A DNA stretch of 64,000 bases from a virus. The stretch lies in IMG/VR virus record IMGVR_UViG_3300029309_000001, positions 55,027 to 119,026 of that record; one strand, 5' to 3'. The translations under genes and the position numbers were made by a program. Shown in pieces: positions 40,402 through 50,192 of this stretch (its first letter is position 1; each line of letters begins with the position of its first letter). The notes beneath the pieces were generated by a model, which saw only the letters and a program-made list of their open reading frames with translations, was not told the origin of the DNA and searched no databases.

Positions 40402-43185
40402 TTATTTTTTATTATTATCAGTATCTTTTTTGTTTGCATTTTTTGCAGATTGTACATCATATTTGTTCTTATTTTCACGTGCAATTTCAAGATTTGTTTG
40501 TGCAATATCACGTTGTGCAGATATTTTTTCTCTTTCTACAGATAATTTATCTTGTGCTGTTGCTCTATTGTTAACTGCTTCTTCTCTTTTAAAGTCCATT
40601 TGATCTCTGTATTGATCTCTTTGTTGCATATCTTTCATTGCATCACGGAAATCACTCATTTGATTTTGATCAATATCTGTTTGTGCTCCGTAACCTGCTG
40701 CTCTGATTTCAGCAACCATAAGATCTTTTCTTCTATCTGCTTCTTTTTGTTGCGTTTCAAAGTCACGTTCAGCTTGTTTTTCAGCAGCTTGTGCTTCAAG
40801 TTGTTGTTGTTGCATTTGCTGTTGAGATTCTTGCTGTTGTCTTTGCATAGCTTCTTGTTTTGTTTCAGCATCTTTAAGAATGTCTGTAACTTCTGCAATG
40901 GAATCTGCTTTAACAATACTACCAAGATCATATATACTTGCACCAGAAGTATTATTTTGTAGTGCTAATTGTTTTAATTGATCAAGAGTAGCTCTATGAT
41001 TTGTTTTAGTTGTACAGAAAATATTAAAGTCTCTCATTAATAATTCTGTTCCATTTATTTGGAAATTAACTTTTTCTGCTTCTGAATTTATATATGTTAA
41101 TCTTACACTTGGATTTGTACTATTATAATATTGTGCAAGATCTGTTCTCATTTGATGTACACGTGGCATTAATTGATCTGAATGTTGTACAAAATATATT
41201 TCAGTTTGTGCATATGATTGATTCATTGCATTAATAACACCAGTTGCTGTTTCTTGTGATATAGGACTTCCTAATCTTTGAGGATTAATACCTATTGCAT
41301 CAAATGCTTGTTGTTTAAAATGATTAGCTAATTGTATTCTAGACATTAATCTTCCTGATTGTTCAAGATTTAATGTTTGATAATGATTAAAATTTGTAGC
41401 ATTTTCTGTGTTTGTAATAGAAGTATCTAATGGCATCATACCAAAATCTTTCATTGCTACATAAGCTTTAGCTAAATTATTTTTACCCCAGTCTTCACCC
41501 ATAGAATGACGTGGTAATGCATTTTGATCAAACATAATAACAGTACCTAGTTCATCTACTAAGATGTCTGCTATTTGATTATTAACCATATTATATCCAA
41601 TTTGATATGGTTTCATTAAATCTACTAATGATGTTGATCTTGTATTTCTATCAGAAAATACTCTACCTTCAACAGGAAGTTTACAACCATATAAGTTGTT
41701 ATCTCCTTTAAATTGAAATGGTAATCTTCCTGGTCTAGTTCTATTTATACCAAGATAAATAGGATTAAATTCATTACCTTGTATATTTTCTCTCCAATAC
41801 GTAGGTAAATTTGGACCAATTTTTACACCACCCCATACTTCATTAATCCATATCCAATCAATATGTTCACCTTGTATTAAATTATCTTTAGTTTTTTCTT
41901 TAAATAAATTTGTATTATAAATTGGTTTTTCAGTTATTTTATAAGTCTCATCTATTATTTCTTGTATTACATCTCCATTCTCATTAATTCTAAGAAGATG
42001 TCCTACTTTTCTTTGAGTTTTCCAATAACACGTTGTAACACGCATCATATCTCCATCACCCCAATTGTATATATCATCACCTTCTCTTAAAATCCAATTA
42101 ACAATATCTCCACCTGTTGTTGGATCAGAATCCCAATTACTTATAAATTGTCTGTATTGTAAAGATGGTGCGCCAACATTCCATTCATGAGATCTGCTTG
42201 TATCATAAAATGAACCATCATTTTGTACACCTGTTTGCATATATCTTGCAGAAATTGCAGGATATATTTTTTCTAAAGACATTAATTGATCTTCTGTCAT
42301 TAAGTATCCATACTTATCTATAACATCTGCAGGTGACATCATATCACATTTACCTACAAAATTAGAATCTGATATATATCTACTATCAGGAGATTTATGA
42401 TAAAATGTTAAAACAGGATTCCATAATTCTACATCATAGTCATCCTCCATCATTTTAAAATGCCAAAACTCTCTATCTGAAACAAGCATATCTCTAAATG
42501 CTCTTTCTTCAAGTTCATTCATATTAAATCTTTCTTCATCTACAGCAAGGCAATGAGAAGCCCATTCTTCTACTACACTTCTATAATCTTTAGAAAAGAA
42601 ATCTTCTATTTCTGGTAATGATTTTAAATTTTCTTTTGATAATTTTTCTTTTGCTTCATCAGAATTAGGATCTAATCCCATATCAAGCATTTTTATTAGC
42701 ATTTTATTTTCTGCATCAGCTAATAAATTTTCTTCTATTTGTAATCTTTTTGCTTCAAGCATTTCATTGTATGATAAATCATCAACTGCTCTAAACTGTA
42801 CTTTGTGAAATCTTTTAGTAAATTCTCCTGTTAGTACATTAATTACATTTGGTATAATAGGATAAAACTTTAACTCTAATGCTGATTCATCTTCTTGAGT
42901 TAAAATATCCATTAAATCTTTATACTCATTGTCTTCTTCAACAATATAATCTTTTTTATCAATAATACCTTTTGCTAATTTATAATTTTTTAAAAGCTTT
43001 CTTGCATTTTTTCTAAGGTAATCCATACCTCTCATTTCCATCCAATCAAGGTTCCATGCTGCCCACTCTTCATTTTTATCTTTAGCTTTTATAAACTGAA
43101 GAGGTTGTGTAAGACTGCTATTAGTTAGCTTGTCTCCATTTAATTTAGCACCATTCTTTATTTGTAAAGCATTATATAATTGCAT
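40402..43185 (-). CDS. Portal protein
   Basis: 927 aa after the terminase. Motifs FYPIIPNVINVLTGE, SLVDLMKPYQIGYN and GINPQRLG; Gln-rich C-terminal coiled coil. Confidence 0.9.
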   Translation of the reverse strand: MQLYNALQIKNGAKLNGDKLTNSSLTQPLQFIKAKDKNEEWAAWNLDWMEMRGMDYLRKNARKLLKNYKLAKGIIDKKDYIVEEDNEYKDLMDILTQEDESALELKFYPIIPNVINVLTGEFTKRFHKVQFRAVDDLSYNEMLEAKRLQIEENLLADAENKMLIKMLDMGLDPNSDEAKEKLSKENLKSLPEIEDFFSKDYRSVVEEWASHCLAVDEERFNMNELEERAFRDMLVSDREFWHFKMMEDDYDVELWNPVLTFYHKSPDSRYISDSNFVGKCDMMSPADVIDKYGYLMTEDQLMSLEKIYPAISARYMQTGVQNDGSFYDTSRSHEWNVGAPSLQYRQFISNWDSDPTTGGDIVNWILREGDDIYNWGDGDMMRVTTCYWKTQRKVGHLLRINENGDVIQEIIDETYKITEKPIYNTNLFKEKTKDNLIQGEHIDWIWINEVWGGVKIGPNLPTYWRENIQGNEFNPIYLGINRTRPGRLPFQFKGDNNLYGCKLPVEGRVFSDRNTRSTSLVDLMKPYQIGYNMVNNQIADILVDELGTVIMFDQNALPRHSMGEDWGKNNLAKAYVAMKDFGMMPLDTSITNTENATNFNHYQTLNLEQSGRLMSRIQLANHFKQQAFDAIGINPQRLGSPISQETATGVINAMNQSYAQTEIYFVQHSDQLMPRVHQMRTDLAQYYNSTNPSVRLTYINSEAEKVNFQINGTELLMRDFNIFCTTKTNHRATLDQLKQLALQNNTSGASIYDLGSIVKADSIAEVTDILKDAETKQEAMQRQQQESQQQMQQQQLEAQAAEKQAERDFETQQKEADRRKDLMVAEIRAAGYGAQTDIDQNQMSDFRDAMKDMQQRDQYRDQMDFKREEAVNNRATAQDKLSVEREKISAQRDIAQTNLEIARENKNKYDVQSAKNANKKDTDNNKK

Positions 43186-43188
43186 TTT

Positions 43189-43281
43189 CTAATATTTTAT
43201 TTTGATAACATTTTCATCTTGAATATATAAATAAACAAAATGCATATCTCCCATTGTTGTAGTTGTAAACCAATTTTCCAT
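43189..43281 (-). CDS. Small 30 aa ORF (MENWFTTTTMGDMHFVYLYIQDENVIKIKY)
   Basis: Fills the terminase-portal gap exactly, with 2-3 nt spacers on each side. Confidence 0.4.
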   Translation of the reverse strand: MENWFTTTTMGDMHFVYLYIQDENVIKIKY

Positions 43282-43283
43282 AT

Positions 43284-45473
43284 TTATTTTAAATTTTTAT
43301 AAGCTGATTTTTTTATTTTATTTTTATGCAAAGCATTTCTCTTACCAATATTTCTAAAAGGTCTCATATTTAATTTATACAAATTTTGTGACTTATCCAA
43401 GTTATTTGAGTCTTGATTCTCTCTTCTTTTGGTATATCCTCTGTTTGATTGCTGTATTCTAACAAATGCTACTAATGCTGAAAATGCTACAAGTCTATCC
43501 ACGTTAAGTCCTGGATAATATTGCATCATTTCAGTTAATAACATTTTATCAGGTATTCTTTGTACTCCAAATGTTTGTGATAATACTTCACCATCACTAT
43601 TTAATTCTTCATCTATAGCTTCTCTAATATATTCTATTGCATATGAAATTAAATGACTTTTAAATAATGTTCCTGTATTTTTCCAACCATATTCTTGAAA
43701 TACATTTTGATTAGATCCTAAATCTTTTAAAAATAATATTTGTTGTTTAGGCACTAAATATTTTTGTTTACGTTTAGCAATCATATGCTGTATAAATAAT
43801 GATATATTATTTTCAACTAATGTCCAAGCTTTATACCATTCTATAATAAGTTCTAGTTGTTCATGTGTTTTGTTTATATCATCATATCTACCACACCAAG
43901 ATGCAACTATTTTTTCTCTTTCAATAAATGTTTCTGTCTTACCATCTTTATCTGTTCTTGTAACTTCACAAGCATTTTTATATACAAATATACTACACAA
44001 TGAATCTGATGTAGTAGTTTTACCTTCTGACACAGGGTCAATAGATGCATAATAAGTTCCAAACTCAGGATTAGAAATAGGTCTTTCCCATACAACTAAA
44101 ACACCTGTTTTATCTTCTAATTTCTTTTTAACAGGAAAATCCATTATAGGTAACTTTCTACTTCTTTTAGCTTCTATTCCATCTTCTGTTCTTTCTAATT
44201 CAATATGTTCATACCCATATTCTTTATCTTCAATTCTTTTTAATTGTTTAGATATTAATGCTTGTGGAAATATAGCTGCTTGTCTATATGCAAAAGCTTC
44301 TGCAATATTAATTGGTTTCTGTGATATACGTAATTGATATTGTTCAGGAGCTAAATCTTTTTGCCAAGTTGATCTTTCTTCTTTAATTGCACTTAAAGCT
44401 TCTTCAATTAATGAATTACCATATTTATCAATATAAGGAGGCATAGACCATTGTTCAGGTATAAATAAACCTGCAACACCAATAGTACCTTTATCATCCA
44501 TTAAATTGGTTTCTACAGCATATATATCATTTGATTGTGGATTAAGTATCATTTCTTTTAATGGATTACACTGATCAAGATCACCCACAGATCCTGCAGC
44601 TATAAACATACCAGTAGTAATCATACCTGATGACATTGCAGGTCTAATATATTCATATGTCTGATCCATCTTAGGAGCAATACCAGCCTCTTCATGAAAG
44701 AAATAAGTACAAGGTCCACCTACACCTGTTGTTGCATTTTTTTCAAAAGATGCACCTTGTATTTTTGACATAAGTCCTTTATTAGTTTTTCTATTATTTA
44801 TTCTAACTTCAATTTTCTGTTCCCATAATAATACTTTTTCTGGTGTACAAGGTCTATACCATGCAGTATGTTCATTAAGAAATGTTTTATATTCATCTAA
44901 AAATTTCCATGAACCTTTATCATTTATATAATCTTTAAGTGATGCACCCATTTTACATATAGATCCTTCTTCAAACCAAAATTGATTTATAATTTTTCCC
45001 ATATGAAAATAAGAAGAAGCTATCTGTCTTTTCTTTAATATTGCTGCATGTTTGTAATGTAATTCTGCTAGTATTTCATATAATGCCATATGATACTGTG
45101 CATCTCTTACTTTAGCAAAACCATATTTTTTTTCTTCTTTATCAAAGATTGGTAAAAAATTTAACCACATATAATAGTCTCTACTTAAATACCATGTATT
45201 TTTTTTACCTATAAATAATACACCTTCTCTACATTTTTCTTTTTCAAAATTCCAATAATTAATATAGTCTTTAGATCTAAATGGTTTATCACAATAAAAT
45301 CCTTGTGAATTAAATGAGACTGCTTGTTCATTAAACAACAAAGCAGTCTCATCAAAATCATATTCACCTGGTTCTTTAAAAAGATTTAAAAGATATTTAG
45401 TATACTCTTCTTTAGTTTTAAATTCTTTATAACCCCATTTACCATCTTGATATTTTGGAATTTTTTTATACAT
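43284..45473 (-). CDS. terL: Terminase large subunit
   Basis: Walker A variant LKKRQIASSY, Walker B FFHEEAG, RNase H-like nuclease SIDP...D and NVDRLVA. Confidence 0.92.
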   Translation of the reverse strand: MYKKIPKYQDGKWGYKEFKTKEEYTKYLLNLFKEPGEYDFDETALLFNEQAVSFNSQGFYCDKPFRSKDYINYWNFEKEKCREGVLFIGKKNTWYLSRDYYMWLNFLPIFDKEEKKYGFAKVRDAQYHMALYEILAELHYKHAAILKKRQIASSYFHMGKIINQFWFEEGSICKMGASLKDYINDKGSWKFLDEYKTFLNEHTAWYRPCTPEKVLLWEQKIEVRINNRKTNKGLMSKIQGASFEKNATTGVGGPCTYFFHEEAGIAPKMDQTYEYIRPAMSSGMITTGMFIAAGSVGDLDQCNPLKEMILNPQSNDIYAVETNLMDDKGTIGVAGLFIPEQWSMPPYIDKYGNSLIEEALSAIKEERSTWQKDLAPEQYQLRISQKPINIAEAFAYRQAAIFPQALISKQLKRIEDKEYGYEHIELERTEDGIEAKRSRKLPIMDFPVKKKLEDKTGVLVVWERPISNPEFGTYYASIDPVSEGKTTTSDSLCSIFVYKNACEVTRTDKDGKTETFIEREKIVASWCGRYDDINKTHEQLELIIEWYKAWTLVENNISLFIQHMIAKRKQKYLVPKQQILFLKDLGSNQNVFQEYGWKNTGTLFKSHLISYAIEYIREAIDEELNSDGEVLSQTFGVQRIPDKMLLTEMMQYYPGLNVDRLVAFSALVAFVRIQQSNRGYTKRRENQDSNNLDKSQNLYKLNMRPFRNIGKRNALHKNKIKKSAYKNLK

Positions 45474-45741
45474 CTTTTATAATAGCAATAATAGCAGCTT
45501 CATCAATAATAATATGCTCTTCACCATTATGCATCATTTCTACAGTGTTTATCATTTCAGGCCATTGAATATAATCACCTTCTTTAGCTTGTTCACATTT
45601 AGGTCCTGCTGAAATAATAGTTCCTAAAGGTGGTTGATGTTGTTGTGTTTCTGGTACATAGATTAATCCATTTTGAATTGTTTCTACTTTTGGATCTTGT
45701 TTAACTAAAACCCTTTTACCCATTGGAATAACTTTTTTCAT
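45466..45741 (-). CDS. groES: GroES/Cpn10 co-chaperonin
   Basis: IPMGKRVLVK, mobile loop GLIYVPE, GTIISAGP, GD, and C-terminal IIDEAAIIAII. Confidence 0.88.
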   Translation of the reverse strand: MKKVIPMGKRVLVKQDPKVETIQNGLIYVPETQQHQPPLGTIISAGPKCEQAKEGDYIQWPEMINTVEMMHNGEEHIIIDEAAIIAIIKDV

Positions 45742-45759
45742 TTTTGTTGATTTTTAAAA

Positions 45760-45852
45760 TTAATAATTATTGTTATTGTGATCTGTAAACATACTCCAGA
45801 TTAATAATGTTATTAATAAAAGACAAGCAAATATTTCTTCTATACTATACAT
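45760..45852 (-). CDS. Small 30 aa membrane peptide (MYSIEEIFACLLLITLLIWSMFTDHNNNNY)
   Basis: Fills the intergenic gap; single hydrophobic helix. Confidence 0.4.
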   Translation of the reverse strand: MYSIEEIFACLLLITLLIWSMFTDHNNNNY

Positions 45853-45854
45853 AT

Positions 45855-46373
45855 TTACATTTGATCATAAGCAAGTCCTTGTCCTCCACGTACTTGACTT
45901 TTTTGTTCATCTTTCATATCATTATATGCACCTTTAAATGATTGTCTTATCTGTTCAAATTTAGCTGCAGTGTTTACTAATGATGTTAAATTACCATCTC
46001 TACCATGTTCTATAGATGTAGTTTCCATATATCTTGCTAATCTATCTAACATTGTTTTAATACCTTTATAAGCTCTATAAGTTGGTGTATGATAAAGATC
46101 TTCACAAAGTTTTATAGCATTTCTTATAGCTTCATCTTCTGGTGATTCTTCTAATTCTATTTCTTCTATAATTAAATCTTCTTTTTCATGTTCAGGCATA
46201 TTAAAAAAAGGATTCATATCTGGATCTGGACATGTCATATAAAATACAAATAAATATACTTGCATATATGTATCAGGATATTTATCCATAATACCTTTTA
46301 ATGATTTAATAGAATAACAATGTTCTGATGGTATTACTTTACCATTTTGTACGTCAAATAGTTTTACTAGCAT
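45855..46373 (-). CDS. Conserved crAss-like protein (terminase small subunit candidate)
   Basis: Helical protein ending in VRGG, upstream of terL; position conserved in crAss-like phages. Confidence 0.45.
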   Translation of the reverse strand: MLVKLFDVQNGKVIPSEHCYSIKSLKGIMDKYPDTYMQVYLFVFYMTCPDPDMNPFFNMPEHEKEDLIIEEIELEESPEDEAIRNAIKLCEDLYHTPTYRAYKGIKTMLDRLARYMETTSIEHGRDGNLTSLVNTAAKFEQIRQSFKGAYNDMKDEQKSQVRGGQGLAYDQM

Positions 46374-47200
46374 TGTGAATTATCTTTTAACCACATTACA
46401 AGACTAGTTATTTCATCTTTTAAATATGGTAGGTCATACATTTTAATTTCTTTAATTATTGGTTCTCCTTGATTATTGTATTTAGTAATAGGATAACCAT
46501 ATTTATTTTCACTTTCTTTTTCAAATGATACATGTTGGATTTGTAACTTTCCTATTTTTAATTTAGGATTATGTTTTTTTATTATATATGCATATAAACT
46601 TAATTGTAAATTATAATGTTTTAGATTACAATCATCAAGATGAGAAACTGGGTTATACATTTTAGATGTAATACCTTCCCAATTTGTAAATCCAGTTTCT
46701 TTAATTTCTTTATTTGTTTTAAAATCAAGTATATTTATTTTACCATTAACAATAGTAACTAAATCTGCTTGTCCACATAAACCTAATGATTTAAGATATA
46801 CAAAATGTTCAGGATATACACCATCTTTAATTTTTTGATTTGGTGCAATTTTAATACCATTATCATCTGTTATAGGTCTTATAATAGGAACTTCTACACC
46901 ATCTCTTTCTATAGTATTAAACTCACAAATATTTTCTTCTCTTTGATTATGATACCAATTACCTAATTTAATAGCTCTTTCAGTTTCACTATTCCATGCA
47001 TTTAGTATTTCTTTTTCAGTCATACCATACCATTTAGATCTTTTATTTTTACTAGATTTTTTTGCTTGAACTTTTGCATTAAATTTTGGTTTAAATTTAC
47101 CTACAAAACTTGTAACACTAGTCCAGTTAATTTTATCTTTTTCAAGATTTTCATCTAAACTTTCATATATGTGTCCTTCTTCTTTAAATATTACAGCCAT
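46367..47200 (-). CDS. PD-(D/E)xK (Cas4/RecB-like) exonuclease
   Basis: SVTS, GNWYH, E..V, CGQADL, ILDFKTN and YNLQLSLYAY. Confidence 0.85.
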   Translation of the reverse strand: MAVIFKEEGHIYESLDENLEKDKINWTSVTSFVGKFKPKFNAKVQAKKSSKNKRSKWYGMTEKEILNAWNSETERAIKLGNWYHNQREENICEFNTIERDGVEVPIIRPITDDNGIKIAPNQKIKDGVYPEHFVYLKSLGLCGQADLVTIVNGKINILDFKTNKEIKETGFTNWEGITSKMYNPVSHLDDCNLKHYNLQLSLYAYIIKKHNPKLKIGKLQIQHVSFEKESENKYGYPITKYNNQGEPIIKEIKMYDLPYLKDEITSLVMWLKDNSQC

Positions 47201-47206
47201 AACTTT

Positions 47207-47524
47207 TTATTTATATCCTGTTTCATTTTTAAATTTATTTTCAAGATCTTCAGATAATACTGCATCCCATTTACCTCTTGGGCAAGATGAAGATAATGCT
47301 CTAAGTTTAAATCCTAACGAACAACCACAATCTGCACAACATGGTTGTGTTCCTGGTGCTGCACAATTTAAACCAACATTATCTAACATATCACATTCTT
47401 TACATAATAACCATCTTTCATCAGCAACAGCTTCTACAGTTTCAGATTTAAAAATTTTATTTTTAACTCCTTCTAATATTTGATCTGCATTTTTTATGCC
47501 TTTTAATAATTTACCTATTCTCAT
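47207..47524 (-). CDS. Small Cys-rich metal-binding protein
   Basis: R..LCKEC...C...CCADCGC....K......CPRGKW pattern. Confidence 0.65.
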   Translation of the reverse strand: MRIGKLLKGIKNADQILEGVKNKIFKSETVEAVADERWLLCKECDMLDNVGLNCAAPGTQPCCADCGCSLGFKLRALSSSCPRGKWDAVLSEDLENKFKNETGYK

Positions 47525-47870
47525 CTTTAAATTCTTTTTTTATCTTTATCTCTTCATTTAATTTATCTAAAGCTTTTTCCATAGATTCTAATTTTTCTTT
47601 AATTGGCAAATGCTTACCATAGCCTTTGTAAGTATTTTTTTGAATATTACCTAAAATATCTTTATTTCTTTTTATACTTTTTTCAAGTCTTTGTTTTCTT
47701 AATGAAAATGTTCCTAAATTTGGAAGATATATTTTGTTTCCTTTTAGTTCTGATAATGCATTTCTAACTCTACCATAATAAAAAGCTACTAAATCACTAA
47801 CTAAATCTATATGAGCATTACATTCTTCAGCAATTTCAGGATAAAAATCTTTATAATTTTTTGGTTTCAA
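47511..47870 (-). CDS. HU/IHF-like DNA-binding protein
   Basis: EIAEE...V..FY..V...L...KIYLPNLGTFSLR. Confidence 0.6.
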   Translation of the reverse strand: MKPKNYKDFYPEIAEECNAHIDLVSDLVAFYYGRVRNALSELKGNKIYLPNLGTFSLRKQRLEKSIKRNKDILGNIQKNTYKGYGKHLPIKEKLESMEKALDKLNEEIKIKKEFKDENR

Positions 47871-48219
47871 TTCCTAATAATTTATAATCCAATAATATAG
47901 TACCTTCTGTTTGAATTTCTATTTTAGGATTTAATTCAATAATTTTTTTATTTACACCTGTTTTTATTATAAGTTCTTTTTTGCTTGCTTTTGTAATTGC
48001 ATTTCTACAAGATTGTGGACTTTTAAATATTTCTTTTTTAGAAATAAAAGAACAAAATTTTGTAAGTTCAGATTTTTCTAATTTAGCTAATTCAGTTAAA
48101 CATAATAAATCAGACAAACTTATTTGTATATCATTAAGAAAGCAGTAAGTAAGGATTTGATATTTAATAACCTCATCCTTACTTGTTTTAACTTTTTTTT
48201 CTACTTTCTTTACTTTCAT
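47851..48219 (-). CDS. Winged-HTH protein (RepL-like)
   Basis: SPQSCRNAITKASKKELI..IELNP pattern; synteny with the crAss-like RepL-like gene. Confidence 0.45.
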   Translation of the reverse strand: MKVKKVEKKVKTSKDEVIKYQILTYCFLNDIQISLSDLLCLTELAKLEKSELTKFCSFISKKEIFKSPQSCRNAITKASKKELIIKTGVNKKIIELNPKIEIQTEGTILLDYKLLGIETKKL

Positions 48220-48845
48220 TATATATAAGTTTTTAATTTGTCAGTATCTTTACTTTCTATTAGAGTATAAGTAAAACTATTTCCCCATACTTCTCTAGCA
48301 TGTTGACATATATCTAAAAATTCATGCCAGTCATCATTATCTGCAATTACTTGACAACCTGCTGACCACTTATCTACTTGTGTAGATTTTTTACCAGCAT
48401 ATTTAGTTGCTCTATGAATATTAATTCCAAATAATCCTGTATCTAAATTTTCAGTATTAAGATTATATATATCATCTCTGTTATTATCTCTGTAAACTGT
48501 TACTGGTTTACATTGACCTAAAGCTAAGTATTTACCTTGATGCAATCTTAATTTATGAGAACCTCTGTATTGTCCTTCTTTTAGAATTGCTGTACCTTTT
48601 TCATCAACAATAGGATCTTCCATGTAAAATTTACCTGGATCTGTTGTACAATCAAACTCATGATATTTCCATTCTCCATCTTGTTTATATGATAATGTAA
48701 TTGTATCATCAAATCTGTTTGTAACTTGTCCTGCTGTTTTTGAATTTCTAATTCCAATAATGTTTAAATTAAGATCTCCATTTTCAAAATACTTGTAACC
48801 TTTAGAGTCTATTACTTTTTTTAATAATTCTCTTCCGTATTTCAT
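48219..48845 (-). CDS. Putative endolysin with an L,D-transpeptidase (YkuD)-like catalytic motif
   Basis: TTDPG, GINIH...WSAGCQV (H-x-S-x-G-C) and FTYTL. Confidence 0.65.
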   Translation of the reverse strand: MKYGRELLKKVIDSKGYKYFENGDLNLNIIGIRNSKTAGQVTNRFDDTITLSYKQDGEWKYHEFDCTTDPGKFYMEDPIVDEKGTAILKEGQYRGSHKLRLHQGKYLALGQCKPVTVYRDNNRDDIYNLNTENLDTGLFGINIHRATKYAGKKSTQVDKWSAGCQVIADNDDWHEFLDICQHAREVWGNSFTYTLIESKDTDKLKTYI

Positions 48846-49192
48846 GATTCTGTTCTTTTTAAAGTTCTTTTTCTAGGGGGTGCAGTATTTTGGTCTGCAT
48901 TCCAATCATTTGCTGCTTGTTGAACTGCTGCTGATCTTGCAGCATTAATTTCTTCTGGTGTACCTTCTTGAGGTCCTGCCATAGTTTGAGCAATAAACAT
49001 TTGTGCTTGAATTCTTTCAGCACGTAGTTTTTCAATATCTCTTAAAAGTTCTTCATATTCTTTTTGAACTTTTAAATCTTTAATATTTTCTTTGTAATAA
49101 GCTGTAATTTCAGCTCTTCTTTGTTTTAGTTCTTCTTTTGAAAGTTGAACTTCTTCCTCAGTATGTTCTGAGTTGTTAACTTTTGTTGCCAT
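48842..49192 (-). CDS. Hypothetical coiled-coil protein
   Basis: 116 aa ORF overlapping the next gene by ATGA; TATCTTTG element upstream at 49231-49238. Confidence 0.6.
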   Translation of the reverse strand: MATKVNNSEHTEEEVQLSKEELKQRRAEITAYYKENIKDLKVQKEYEELLRDIEKLRAERIQAQMFIAQTMAGPQEGTPEEINAARSAAVQQAANDWNADQNTAPPRKRTLKRTES

Positions 49193-49309
49193 AAATTTGG
49201 TTTTAAATTAATATTAAGTTAATTATATGACAAAGATACAAAAAAAGTTTAAATAAAAAAAGTTTAAATTAAAATTTTATTTAAATACGTCATGGGTGAC
49301 GTTTTATAT

Positions 49310-49969
49310 TTAATGATAACCATTTAACAGTTCTAATAGATCATCTATAGCATCATGTCTATGAGAATCTTCTAATACTGTTTTAAATACGTAGTTTGAA
49401 TTAGTTAATTTAGCCATATCATGATAGGCAGACCAGTTTTTATCTTTAAGATCTATTTGATATGAGTCTCCACAGAATATCATTTTAGAATCTTTACCTA
49501 ATCTACCTATACACATTGCTAGTTGAGATCTACTTAAATTTTGAAACTCATCTACAATAACTACAGCATTATCAAATGTACGTCCTCTAAAATGTGCTAA
49601 TGATACAAGTTCTATACTTTCTTCTTTTTCCATCTTTTCTAAGATGTTAGCTTTATTATATACTTTACGCATATTAGAACGTATAGGAACTAACCACGGT
49701 TCCATTTTTTCACGTTCAGATCCAGGTAAAAATCCATTGTCTTCTGTTGATATTGTAGGTCTAGTTATAATTATTTTATTATACTGACGTTTAAAAAATT
49801 GATCTAACGCAATTTGTACTGCCAATAAGGTTTTACCACTTCCTGCTTTACCTACAATAAAATTAAAAGGATGTTTTAATATTTCAGTTTTAGCTTTCTT
49901 TTGTTCTGCAGATAAACTTATAGAAAATCTTACTGCCCCTTTTGGAGGAGTTTTTTCTTTATTTGTCAT
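49310..49969 (-). CDS. phoH: PhoH-family ATPase
   Basis: GKAGSGKT, GFLPG..EKM.PW, RGRTF, DEFQN and GD..QIDL. Likely start MTNKEK at 49969. Confidence 0.93.
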   Translation of the reverse strand: MTNKEKTPPKGAVRFSISLSAEQKKAKTEILKHPFNFIVGKAGSGKTLLAVQIALDQFFKRQYNKIIITRPTISTEDNGFLPGSEREKMEPWLVPIRSNMRKVYNKANILEKMEKEESIELVSLAHFRGRTFDNAVVIVDEFQNLSRSQLAMCIGRLGKDSKMIFCGDSYQIDLKDKNWSAYHDMAKLTNSNYVFKTVLEDSHRHDAIDDLLELLNGYH

Positions 49970-49973
49970 ATGA

Positions 49974-50192
49974 TTACTTTTGTTTAGCAAATTTTTCTGC
50001 ACCAGCTATACCAAAACAACCTAGTACTACCCATGTAAAAGAATCATAAATAGTTTCATTGATTACTAAATCTTTGCCTAAATAGCCTGTCATTAAATCT
50101 AGAAGTGCAAAAAGTACCATTACTAAGAATGCTATAAATCCTACAACATTCTTTTCATTCCAGTCATTATTATCTTTAAATATTCCCCACAT
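49974..50192 (-). CDS. Holin-like two-TM membrane protein
   Basis: 72 aa with two hydrophobic helices and a basic C-terminus, near the endolysin candidate. Confidence 0.5.
   Translation of the reverse strand: MWGIFKDNNDWNEKNVVGFIAFLVMVLFALLDLMTGYLGKDLVINETIYDSFTWVVLGCFGIAGAEKFAKQK

Noticed and set aside
36552-45473. Introns or inteins in MCP, portal or terminase
   Set aside because: The ORFs are continuous with typical lengths, and no C...HN intein ends or homing-endonuclease motifs were seen.
46367-47200. Cas4-like nuclease suggesting a CRISPR system
   Set aside because: No repeat-spacer array or other cas genes are visible. Solo PD-(D/E)xK nucleases are standard at this position in crAss-like phages.
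1920-47483. Short + strand ORFs in the ORF track overlapping structural genes, and short - strand ORFs overlapping replication genes
   Set aside because: They are antisense or off-frame shadows of long genes with implausible Ile/Cys/Phe-rich composition.
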